Shown one piece after another: positions 30,118-38,409 of a stretch of DNA of 64,000 nt. Source of the stretch: Myxococcota bacterium. GTDB taxonomy: Bacteria; Myxococcota; B64-G9. Below the pieces are notes generated by a model that made no database searches, was not told where the DNA came from, and worked only from the letters and a program-made list of their open reading frames with translations. The translations under genes were made by a program, and so were the position numbers. Positions within the stretch are counted from its first letter, which is position 1, and every line of letters begins with the position of its first letter. The stretch spans positions 245,547-309,546 of the forward strand of contig JAKLGA010000009.1 in the NCBI GenBank assembly GCA_022710975.1, read 5' to 3'.

Positions 30118-32010
30118 GTGCCCATGCCGGAGCTCCTGCAGTACGCCCTGGTCGTGGACGCGGCGGACGGATCCCACGAGCTGCGCGAGCTGCCCTTCCC
30201 CCAGGTGATCGGGCCGGTCGACTTCGGCTGGGCCATGGCGCGCGAAGGCGACTACGTGTGCATCGGCGCCGGCGTGCTGGCCGGCAGCATCATCCCGGGC
30301 TCGAACCGGCTCGTGTTCACCGGACAGTCGCCTGCCTGGGGCGGCTTCTACGTCTCGACCATGGGCGGGGCGGCGCTGCTGTGGGACGGCACGGGGCTGT
30401 CCTTCCTGGCCATCGGCGGGCGCGCCGCGCGGCCCAGCGCGCTGGTGCTGCGCGGCGTGGAGGGCGAGTTCCCCAGGGTCACCCTGGTGCCCGTGGATCT
30501 CGAGGCGATCTGGGCCGACCCGCGCGGGCCCGGGGGGTTCTACGCCCTGCAGCAGCACGTGTTCGAGCAGCTGTGGGAGGCCGAGGGCACGCCGCGGGTG
30601 CTGGCCGTGGGTCCGGCCGCGCTGCACACCGCCAGCGGCGCGATCGGCTCGTCCAAGACGCGCCAGGGCGCGCTCACCCCGGTCGACTGCTGGGCCGGCC
30701 GCGGCGGGCTGGGCTCGCGCCTGCTGCAGCGCCACAACATCTGCGCGCTGGTGTACGGGGGCGACTTCGAGGACCAGGATCTGGTCGACCGGGCCGAGGC
30801 CAACGGGTACTTCCAGAAGCGCTTCTCCAAGGAGATGAAGCTGGTCGACCTCGAGGCCACCACGAAGTACCGCTACGACCCCAAGTTCCACTCCGGCGGG
30901 ACCTTCGGGGTGAACTACTCCAGGCTGGCCGACCTCATGCTGTCCTTCAACTACCGTTCGGTGGGCTGGCCGAGGGCCGAGCGCCAGGCGCTCTGGGAGC
31001 GGCTGGTCCGCGATCACTACCTCGCGCAGTTCAACGCCGAGACCATCGAGGGCAAGCAGCAGTCCCAGTGCGGCGAGCCCTGCCCGGCGGTGTGCAAGAA
31101 GCTCAAGGACGAGTTCAAGAAGGACTACGAGCCCTACCAGGTGCTCGGCCCGCTGGCGGGGGTGTTCGACCAGCGCGTGGCCGAGGCGCTCAACCACCGG
31201 GCGGACGCCCTCGGCTTCGACGGCATCCAGATCGGCGGCCAGGTGGCCTGGGTGCTCGAGTGCCTGCACGAGGGCCTGGTGAGCGCCGCGGAGCTCGGGC
31301 TGCCCGGGGACGTCCCGCCCCGGCCGGTGTTCGAGCCCCGGGGCTTCGACCCGGTGGCGCACTCCGAGCACAACGGACGGCTGGCGCTGGCCGTGCTCGA
31401 GCTGTGCGCCCGGCCCGGTCACCTGCTCGCGCGCGGCATGCGCGCCGCGGCCCGGGCCCTCGGGCCGGCCGCCCGGGACCGGGCCGTGTACCTGGCCAAC
31501 GGGCCCGAGGGCTGGATGGTGCCCAACCAGTACTGGACGCCCGGCATGTTCGGCCCCCAGTGGCTGATGGGGCGCTACTACACGGACTACGGTTATGAGT
31601 TCCGCCCGCCCGAGGAGCTCGGGCGGCAGTCGGCCGAGCGCATGCTGGTCGAGCTCGGCACGGACAACGCAGGCGTGTGTCGTTTCCACCGCGGCTGGAG
31701 CGAGAAGCTCTGGCCCGACATCGTCCAGGGCCACCTGCAGGTCGAGGTGGACTACCCCGGCCACCACGCCCGGCTCGCCAGGCAGCTCCACCGTCAGGGC
31801 CAGCCGGTGGCCTGGGAGAGCGCGCGCATCGCCGAGCTCATCCACGCGTACCTGGTGAACCTCCGCGAGGATGCGCCCGGGGACGCCCGGCTGGGCGAGT
31901 GGCTCGGCCGTTTCGAGGCCGATCGGGCCGCGGCCGCGCGGGCCTTCTGGGAGGGCATGCGCGCCGGGATCGAGGCCCGCCTGGGGGAGATCGCCGATGA
32001 CGCCCCTTGA
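30118..32010 (+). CDS. Aldehyde:ferredoxin oxidoreductase (AOR)-like protein, divergent
   Basis: N-terminal region resembles the AOR N-domain (LVFTGQSPAWGGFYVSTMGGAALLWDGTGLSFLAIGG). GRGGLG motif and a Cys cluster (CGEPCPAVC). Assignment is tentative. Confidence 0.45.
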   Translation: MPMPELLQYALVVDAADGSHELRELPFPQVIGPVDFGWAMAREGDYVCIGAGVLAGSIIPGSNRLVFTGQSPAWGGFYVSTMGGAALLWDGTGLSFLAIGGRAARPSALVLRGVEGEFPRVTLVPVDLEAIWADPRGPGGFYALQQHVFEQLWEAEGTPRVLAVGPAALHTASGAIGSSKTRQGALTPVDCWAGRGGLGSRLLQRHNICALVYGGDFEDQDLVDRAEANGYFQKRFSKEMKLVDLEATTKYRYDPKFHSGGTFGVNYSRLADLMLSFNYRSVGWPRAERQALWERLVRDHYLAQFNAETIEGKQQSQCGEPCPAVCKKLKDEFKKDYEPYQVLGPLAGVFDQRVAEALNHRADALGFDGIQIGGQVAWVLECLHEGLVSAAELGLPGDVPPRPVFEPRGFDPVAHSEHNGRLALAVLELCARPGHLLARGMRAAARALGPAARDRAVYLANGPEGWMVPNQYWTPGMFGPQWLMGRYYTDYGYEFRPPEELGRQSAERMLVELGTDNAGVCRFHRGWSEKLWPDIVQGHLQVEVDYPGHHARLARQLHRQGQPVAWESARIAELIHAYLVNLREDAPGDARLGEWLGRFEADRAAAARAFWEGMRAGIEARLGEIADDAP

Positions 32011-32758
32011 CCTGATCGTCACGGGCGTGGTGCTGCTGTTCGGCCTGCTCGGGTTCCTGTCCGGGTTCTGGATGCAGATCATGCGCCTGGCGGTCATGCT
32101 GGGCGCCTACCTCCTGGCCCCGGTGATCGGCCAGCCGCTCGGCCTCCCGCTGGCCAGGGCGCTCGGCATCCCGCCCCTGGTGGGGCTCGCGGCCGCCTCC
32201 TTCCTGGCCTTCATCGGGCTCTACCTGGTGCTCGGCACCGTGGGCTGGGCCATCCTGCGCCGGCGCCGCAAGGCCAAGGACGAGGCCTCGGCCAAGCGCC
32301 GCCAGCGCTGGGACGGCCTGGCCGGGGCCGGCCTCGGCCTGCTCAAGGCGGGCTTGCTGTGCTACCTGATCCTGTGCGGCCTGGTGCTGGTGGAGGGGCC
32401 GCTGCGGGACGCGCTGCGCGGCTCGGAGCTGGGCTACGAGCGCTCCGTGGCCGTGGCCTTCGCGCGCCAGCACAACCTCCTGTCCAGCCTCCACCTGCCG
32501 GTGGTCGGGGATCTCGCCGCCCTGTCGCGGCTGAGCCACGACCCGACCTTCAGGGAGAAGGTGGCCAAGGATCCCAAGGTCCAGCGGCTGCTCCAGCACC
32601 CCAAGCTGCAGGGCCTGCTGGGGGACGAGGCCGTCCTGCGCGCCTCCGAGGGAGGCGATCCGGCCGCGCTGCTCGGCAACCCGCGCGTCAACCAGGCCTT
32701 CCAGGATCCCGAGATCCAGAAGCTCCTGTCCGAGATCGACCTCAGCCAGATCGAGTGA
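31997..32758 (+). CDS. CvpA-family membrane protein
   Basis: MTPLDLIVTGVVLLFGLLGFLSGFWMQI... Four hydrophobic helices, CvpA-like. Confidence 0.65.
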   Translation: MTPLDLIVTGVVLLFGLLGFLSGFWMQIMRLAVMLGAYLLAPVIGQPLGLPLARALGIPPLVGLAAASFLAFIGLYLVLGTVGWAILRRRRKAKDEASAKRRQRWDGLAGAGLGLLKAGLLCYLILCGLVLVEGPLRDALRGSELGYERSVAVAFARQHNLLSSLHLPVVGDLAALSRLSHDPTFREKVAKDPKVQRLLQHPKLQGLLGDEAVLRASEGGDPAALLGNPRVNQAFQDPEIQKLLSEIDLSQIE

Positions 32759-32872
32759 GATGGTCCGCGTTCCGCCTCGGCTGAAATCTTCCTTGAGGTG
32801 GGCCTCTGTTTGAGGTAGCGTGCGGCGAGTTTGTCCTGGACAGGCGCCGATGAGACACGTAAGAGCACCCTC

Positions 32873-33640
32873 ATGAAGATCCTGGTCATCGACGACAGCG
32901 TGCTGGCCCTCGAGTTCGCCAAGATGACGCTCGAGTCGATGGGCTACGAGGTCGAGACCAACCCCACCCCCTTCGGCACCCAGAGCATCATCCAGACCCG
33001 GAAGCCCGACGTGGTGCTGATGGACGTGGACATGCCCGCCCTGAAGGGCGACGCCCTGTGCGCGCTCATCAAGAAGAACCCGCGCATGGCGGGCACGCGC
33101 GTCGTGCTCTACTCCTCCATCGAGCCCGTCGAGCTGGCCCGGCTGGCCAAGGAGTGCGGAGCCGACGGCTTCATCCACAAGACCGGCGATCCGGCCGTGC
33201 TGCGCGACAGGCTCGAGCGGCTGCTGGGCACGCAGCCCAGGAGCGAGGACGGCGCGCCGCGCCAGGTGCGCATCAGCCTGGTGGACGACAGCCCCATCAC
33301 CCTCATGTGGGTGCAGCGCGTGCTGGCGGCCGAGAACTACCAGGTCGAGACCTGCCAGGACGCCGAGCTGGCCGAGCAGTTCGTGGAGCGCTCCCGGCCG
33401 GACGCCATCCTGCTGGACGTGAACATGCCCTTCAAGAGCGGGGACGCGATCTGCCGCGCGCTGAAGGCCGACCCGCAGACCCGCGGCATCCCGGTCATCC
33501 TGTACTCGGTGCTGCCGGCCCAGGAGCTCGAGCGGCTGGTCCAGGACAGCGGGGCCGACGGCTACATCGTCAAGAACGACGACCCGAACCACCTGGTGCG
33601 CCAGCTGCGCGCGCTGCTGGACACGCTCCAGGCCCGCTGA
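32873..33640 (+). CDS. Tandem double-receiver (REC-REC) response regulator without output domain
   Basis: Two receiver modules, each with the phospho-acceptor Asp context (VVLMDVDMP and AILLDVNMP) and KILVIDD / ISLVDDS N-terminal acidic pockets. Confidence 0.8.
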   Translation: MKILVIDDSVLALEFAKMTLESMGYEVETNPTPFGTQSIIQTRKPDVVLMDVDMPALKGDALCALIKKNPRMAGTRVVLYSSIEPVELARLAKECGADGFIHKTGDPAVLRDRLERLLGTQPRSEDGAPRQVRISLVDDSPITLMWVQRVLAAENYQVETCQDAELAEQFVERSRPDAILLDVNMPFKSGDAICRALKADPQTRGIPVILYSVLPAQELERLVQDSGADGYIVKNDDPNHLVRQLRALLDTLQAR

Positions 33641-33645
33641 GGACG

Positions 33646-34179
33646 ATGGGCCGCGCGCGCAACCAGGCGCCCCGGCCGGCGCTGCCGCTGCACCCGGCCT
33701 GGTGGGCGCCGCTGGCCGCGGCCCTGGTCGCCCTCGACGTCCTGGTCCTGGGCCTGCCGGTGCCGGGCCTGCTGGCGAGCGTGGCGCTGTGCGTGGTCCA
33801 CGGCGCGCGCCTGGTGCTGGCCATGCTGCGCCGCCAGCGCCGGCGCCTGCTCCGGCTGGCGCTCAGCATGGCGACCTTCACCCTGGCGGTGGCCGCGTGC
33901 CTGGTGCTCACCGGCCTGGACCGGCAGCTCGGCGCCGAGCGCGCGGGCGAGCTGGCGCGGGCGCTGGAGCGCCACCGGGCCGAGCAGGGCGCCTGGCCCG
34001 AGCGGCTCGAGCAGCTCGTGCCGCGCTACCTGCCCGCCGTGCCCCGGGCGGGCTTCCGCCTGTGCTTCGCCGAGTTCGAGTACCAGCCCGACCCTCCCGA
34101 GCTGTCCTGGACGGTCTGGCCGCCCAGCGGCCGCCGCGTCCTCGAGCTCGACGACGGGCAGGCGCGGGCGCTGCGCTGA
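33646..34179 (+). CDS. Hypothetical membrane protein (3 TM)
   Basis: Hydrophobic N-terminal two-thirds. No recognizable domain. Confidence 0.45.
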   Translation: MGRARNQAPRPALPLHPAWWAPLAAALVALDVLVLGLPVPGLLASVALCVVHGARLVLAMLRRQRRRLLRLALSMATFTLAVAACLVLTGLDRQLGAERAGELARALERHRAEQGAWPERLEQLVPRYLPAVPRAGFRLCFAEFEYQPDPPELSWTVWPPSGRRVLELDDGQARALR

Positions 34180-34215
34180 GCGCGGCCGAGCGCGGCCGAG
34201 CGTGGGAGGAGAGCG

Positions 34216-34728
34216 GTGCCCTCGCAGAACACCAAGGCGTTCCTGCCCGCGAGGCGGAGGCCGACCTGGCCCTTCTGGCTGGGTTGCCTGGCGCTGGCCG
34301 GTCTGGGTCTGGCGCTCGTGCTCTGGCTGCGGCCGCCGGCCTTCAACGCGCGGACCTTCCTGCGGGTGGCGGAGGTGTTCGAGCGAGAGACCGCGGGGTT
34401 CTCGCAGGCCCGGGAGGACTACCCGCTCCAGCCCGGGCCCGAGGCCTGGCGGGAGCTCGCGTACCTGGAGGGGCTGCCCGCGGCCCTGGACCCCCGGGCC
34501 AGGGGTTGCGCTCCCACGGCCAGGGCGCTCGAGGAGCGCCTGCGCGCCTTCCGGGCGGAGGCCCGCGCGCCGTCGCTGTTCCAGCCCGCGGCCCGGGTGG
34601 TCCGGTCCCAGGAGGGGCAGGACTTCGTCCACGGGCTGTCCGGGCAGATCCCGGACTCGGCCCTCCGCCTGGCCCCGGCCCGGCGCGAGGTGCCCGAGGA
34701 GGCCGACGCGCGCATGCGGCTCCTCTAG
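34216..34728 (+). CDS. Hypothetical membrane-anchored protein (GTG start). The frame stays open after an in-frame TAG.
   Basis: One N-terminal TM helix. After TAG (34726-34728) the same frame continues for 47 codons of helix-like sequence to TGA at 34870. Confidence 0.4.
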   Translation: MPSQNTKAFLPARRRPTWPFWLGCLALAGLGLALVLWLRPPAFNARTFLRVAEVFERETAGFSQAREDYPLQPGPEAWRELAYLEGLPAALDPRARGCAPTARALEERLRAFRAEARAPSLFQPAARVVRSQEGQDFVHGLSGQIPDSALRLAPARREVPEEADARMRLL

Positions 34729-34999
34729 GAGCGGACCGACCGCCTGGCCATCGCCACCCGCGCCCTGGCCGCCCTCCGGAGCTCGCTCGAGGCGGCCGAG
34801 CGCTTCAGCGAGGACTGCGGGGCCGAGCGCGACGCGGCCCGGCAGGCGCTCGCGTACCTGCTCGAGCCCTGACGCAGGAGACCGGAATCGTGAGGCTATC
34901 CAGCCGAGGCGGAAGACTTCGAACATCGGCGGGGGCCGCGGCGTCCAAGGACTCGAGCGGGAAGAGGGGGCCAGACCGCCAACCACGAGGAGGCACGTG

Positions 35000-35380
35000 A
35001 TGCGCTCGATGATCTGGACCGTGATGTTCCTGGGGCTGGCCCTGCTCCTGGGCGGCTGCATCGGCAACACCAGCGGCACCTGTAGGGCCGGCCACACCTG
35101 CGAATGCACCGGCATCGGCATCTGCGACCGAGACTGCCCGGACGGCGACTGCAACCTGGTGTGCGAGGGGCTGGGCAACTGCAACTTCAGCTGTGACGGC
35201 GGCGGCTGCCAGTTCCTTTGCAACGGCACCGGCAACTGCATCACCGACTGCACCGGCGGCGGCTGCACCCTGAACTGCGCCGTGACCGGCAACTGCGTGC
35301 TCGACCTCTGCCCCTCCGGCTGCAGCATGGTCTGCGGCGGCGTCAACAACTGCATCTGCTCCGAAGGCTGCACGCCCTGA
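35000..35380 (+). CDS. Small cysteine-rich repeat lipoprotein (126 aa, 4 x ~20-aa GGGC...C.G.GNC...C repeats)
   Basis: SD GAGGAGG. Lipobox LLLGGC. About 28 Cys in regular spacing. Confidence 0.6.
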   Translation: MRSMIWTVMFLGLALLLGGCIGNTSGTCRAGHTCECTGIGICDRDCPDGDCNLVCEGLGNCNFSCDGGGCQFLCNGTGNCITDCTGGGCTLNCAVTGNCVLDLCPSGCSMVCGGVNNCICSEGCTP

Positions 35381-35529
35381 GGCTCCTCCCTGCGTGGATT
35401 CCTCGGGAGACTCCCCCTGCGCGCGGCCTGGGGGCCGCATGGCTACAGCGCGACTGAAATCGGGCCCCGTTTCCTGGAACAGCGAAGTTTCCACTGGCCA
35501 AACCCCGCGCGCGCGGTATTCATGAGCCC

Positions 35530-37710
35530 ATGATGGCCAGAGATCGGGTGGTCGATGGGTGGTTGCTCGTCGGGGTCCTGGGCTGGCTCGCGGCCGCGGG
35601 AGGGGCGCGCGCCGCGGAGGAAGAGGCTCCGCCCGCGGAGGCGGGCCGGGCAGCGGACGAGGAACAACCCGAGCTCGACGGGCTGCTCCAGGGTGTGCAG
35701 GACTACTCCCAGCTCGATCTCGGCCAGCTCCTGGGCCTGCCCGTGGTCGAGTCGGCCTCGCTCCGGCGCCAGTCCATCCTGGACTCGCCGGTCTCGATCT
35801 CGGTCCTGACCCGCGAGGAGATCGAGTCGAGCGGGGCGACGAACGTGGCCCAGCTCCTGCGGCGCCTGCCCGGGGTGCTGGTGCTGCAGGAGTCCGCCAA
35901 CGCCTACCTGGTCGGGGTGCGGGGGCTCAGCGCGCTCGGCAACAACCGCACCCTGCTGCTGGTCGACGGCAGCCCGGCCATGGACCGCATGACCGGGCTC
36001 CAGCTCTGGCCGGCGCTGGCGGTGCTGCCCGGCGATCTCGAGCGCATCGAGGTGATCCGCGGGCCGGGCGCGACGCTGTACGGCAGCGACGCCCTGAGCG
36101 GGGTGATCAACCTGGTGACCAAGCGGCCGGTCGATCACCCCGGGTTCGAGGCCACGGCCTGGGGTCTGCTCGATCTGATGGCGGACAGGCCCGACGGCAG
36201 CGCGGACGACGTCTGGATGGCCAACGGCGGCGGCGCGCACCTGGCCTACGCCTGGGCGGACGAGGGCCGCACGCTCGGGGTGCGCCTGGCCGGCGGGCTG
36301 GCCCTGGACCCGGAGTGGAGCCCCACGATCGCGACCCAGGAGAACGGTCCCCTGGCCTACGATCTGCGGGCCACCTTCGAGTACCGGCCCGACAAGAACC
36401 TGGAAGTCCTGGCCAGCTTCAGCCACGCCGCGGCGGAGACCAACCGGGTGCAGAACTGGATCCCGGTGCGCAACCCCATGCAGGTGCAGACCCTCAGCCT
36501 GCACCTGGAGAAGCGCGAGCTGGGGGTGGACTGGCTCACGCTCAGGCTGGACGTGGACGGGCACCGCCAGGCCATCGAGTACATCGCGCTGCCGCACCCG
36601 GAGGACTCGCTGTTCCAGCTGCTGCCGCTCGACATGTTCCGCATGCCGTGCGTCACCTGGGACGCGCACGTCCGGGCCCAGCTCGATCTGACCTTCTGGG
36701 ACCGGCGCGAGGTGCTGTCGGTGGGCGGGGAGGTGACCTACTTCGGGGTCGAGGAGTTCTACACCCAGCCGTGGATGGTGTTCGGCGGGGTGCTGGTGAA
36801 CAACGATCTCACCCTGCTGGACGACCGCTCGCTGATCCTGAGTCTGGGCGGCCGCTACGAGGCGGTGACCTCGCGCGAGGCGGACTTCGGCGAGATCCTC
36901 TACCAGCACCTCAGCCCCAAGGCGGCGCTCATCTGGAAACCCACCAGCGAGCACAGCCTGCGCCTGGCGGGCGGCTCGTCCTACCGCACCCCCCAGCCCA
37001 TGGAGACCTTCATCGACTGGTCGGTGCACGCCACCGACCCGAACGATCCGCCCTCCCACGTGCTGATCGGCAACCCGCGCCTGCTGCCCGAGCGGCTGTA
37101 CGGCGGCGAGCTCGGCTACCAGGGGCTGCTCTACGAGGGCCTGCGCCTGGACGCGGTGCTGTTCGGCCAGGCGGTGCAGGATCTGGTCGGCATGGTGCGC
37201 GAGACGCGCGTGCCGCTGTTCATGGAGAACGTCCAGGACCTCTACCAGGTCGGGCTGGAGCTGGCGCTGAGCTACAGCCTGGCGCAGGTCCTGCGCGCCT
37301 ACCTGAACTACACCTTCGTCTACAGCCTGGACGCCGAGAGCCTGGACGCGGTCAAGGACTGGCCCACGCACCTGTGGTCGTTCGGCCTGGAGGCCGCGCT
37401 GCCCGCGGAGGTGCGGCTCGGGCTGGACGTGGGCCTGGTGTTCGACTACCGGCCCCTGGTGGCCTCGGCCTCCTCGCCGACGACGGGCGTGGGCAGGCTC
37501 GACTGGAGCGCCCGGCAGGCCGCCGACGCGGCCCACATCGACCTGCGCCTGAGCAAGCGGCTGTTCGACGACCACGTGGAGGTATTCCTCATGGTGCGCA
37601 ACCTGGTGGGCTTCTTCCGCGAGCCGGCCGGGCTCAAGAGCATCCCGGAGGACTACGCCCTGCCCATCGGCGGCACCGTCCTGGCCGGCCTGCGCCTGGG
37701 CGGCTGGTGA
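35530..37710 (+). CDS. TonB-dependent outer-membrane receptor (copy 1)
   Basis: Plug-domain motifs (DSPVSISVLTREEIE, IEVIRGPGATLYGSDALSGVINLVTK). Beta-barrel-length C-terminus ending in an aromatic residue (…LRLGGW). Confidence 0.85.
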   Translation: MMARDRVVDGWLLVGVLGWLAAAGGARAAEEEAPPAEAGRAADEEQPELDGLLQGVQDYSQLDLGQLLGLPVVESASLRRQSILDSPVSISVLTREEIESSGATNVAQLLRRLPGVLVLQESANAYLVGVRGLSALGNNRTLLLVDGSPAMDRMTGLQLWPALAVLPGDLERIEVIRGPGATLYGSDALSGVINLVTKRPVDHPGFEATAWGLLDLMADRPDGSADDVWMANGGGAHLAYAWADEGRTLGVRLAGGLALDPEWSPTIATQENGPLAYDLRATFEYRPDKNLEVLASFSHAAAETNRVQNWIPVRNPMQVQTLSLHLEKRELGVDWLTLRLDVDGHRQAIEYIALPHPEDSLFQLLPLDMFRMPCVTWDAHVRAQLDLTFWDRREVLSVGGEVTYFGVEEFYTQPWMVFGGVLVNNDLTLLDDRSLILSLGGRYEAVTSREADFGEILYQHLSPKAALIWKPTSEHSLRLAGGSSYRTPQPMETFIDWSVHATDPNDPPSHVLIGNPRLLPERLYGGELGYQGLLYEGLRLDAVLFGQAVQDLVGMVRETRVPLFMENVQDLYQVGLELALSYSLAQVLRAYLNYTFVYSLDAESLDAVKDWPTHLWSFGLEAALPAEVRLGLDVGLVFDYRPLVASASSPTTGVGRLDWSARQAADAAHIDLRLSKRLFDDHVEVFLMVRNLVGFFREPAGLKSIPEDYALPIGGTVLAGLRLGGW

Positions 37711-37727
37711 ACGTGGAGGGACGAGAC

Positions 37728-38195
37728 ATGCGCGACTGCCTGGTGCGCCTTTCTGGTGTGGTGCTGGCGGGCGTCCTGGCCTGCGGCGCGGTGGCCTGCG
37801 GCGCGGACCTGCCCCCGGAGCGGCTGCTGGGGGTGGTGCAGGGCAACATCGTCTACCGCGGCCAGGGGCTGGAGGGGCAGACGGAGCCGCGGCTCTCCAT
37901 CGTCGTGCTGCTCGAGCCCTGGTCTCTCGACGACTGGGAGTCCTGGACCTTCCCCAACGCCTTCCGCATCTACGAGGCTGCCCCGCTCGCGCCCGATGGC
38001 CTGGACTTCGAGCTGACCCACCTGGAGCCCGGCCACTACGAGGTGCTGGCCTTCCTGGGCGTCGAGGGCCGTCCCAGCACCGAGCCGGTGGCCGTGGGCG
38101 CCTACCCGAACCTGCTCCAGATGGGCGATCGCCCGGTGGAGGTGCTCGAGGCTCAGGTCACCGAGGGCATCGACTTCGAGCTGTACGACTTCTAG
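37728..38195 (+). CDS. Companion lipoprotein of the TonB-dependent receptor (copy 1), carboxypeptidase-regulatory-like fold suspected
   Basis: Lipobox VLACGAVACG. Paralog of the 40631 ORF (shared YPNLLQMGDRPVEV...GIDFEL). Confidence 0.65.
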   Translation: MRDCLVRLSGVVLAGVLACGAVACGADLPPERLLGVVQGNIVYRGQGLEGQTEPRLSIVVLLEPWSLDDWESWTFPNAFRIYEAAPLAPDGLDFELTHLEPGHYEVLAFLGVEGRPSTEPVAVGAYPNLLQMGDRPVEVLEAQVTEGIDFELYDF

Positions 38196-38409
38196 CCCGC
38201 CGGGGTGGGCCCGTCCGGGATCGCACTGGCACCCCTGGACGGGCATGGCCCTCGAGAGCACACCCCGAGTTTCATGCCCCAAATGGGGAATTGATCCTCC
38301 CGATCCGCACAGGGTACTTTCGCCTGGTCACCCGGAAAGATGGGGTTCCGGCGTTGGCCCGGCCGCGGAGCCCGCGAGGCCCCGGACCGTGGCAAATGCG
38401 AGGGCGGGC

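Noticed and set aside
35469-35492. Near-palindrome TGGAACAGCGAAGTTTCCACTGG upstream of TBDR copy 1 as a regulator or sigma-54 site
   Set aside because: It does not fit the sigma-54 TGGCAC-N5-TTGC consensus, and there is no equivalent motif upstream of the paralogous cassette. Too weak to call.
35443-37575. 710-aa minus-strand ORF opposite TBDR copy 1
   Set aside because: Antisense shadow. The plus-strand product has unmistakable TonB-dependent receptor plug and barrel motifs.
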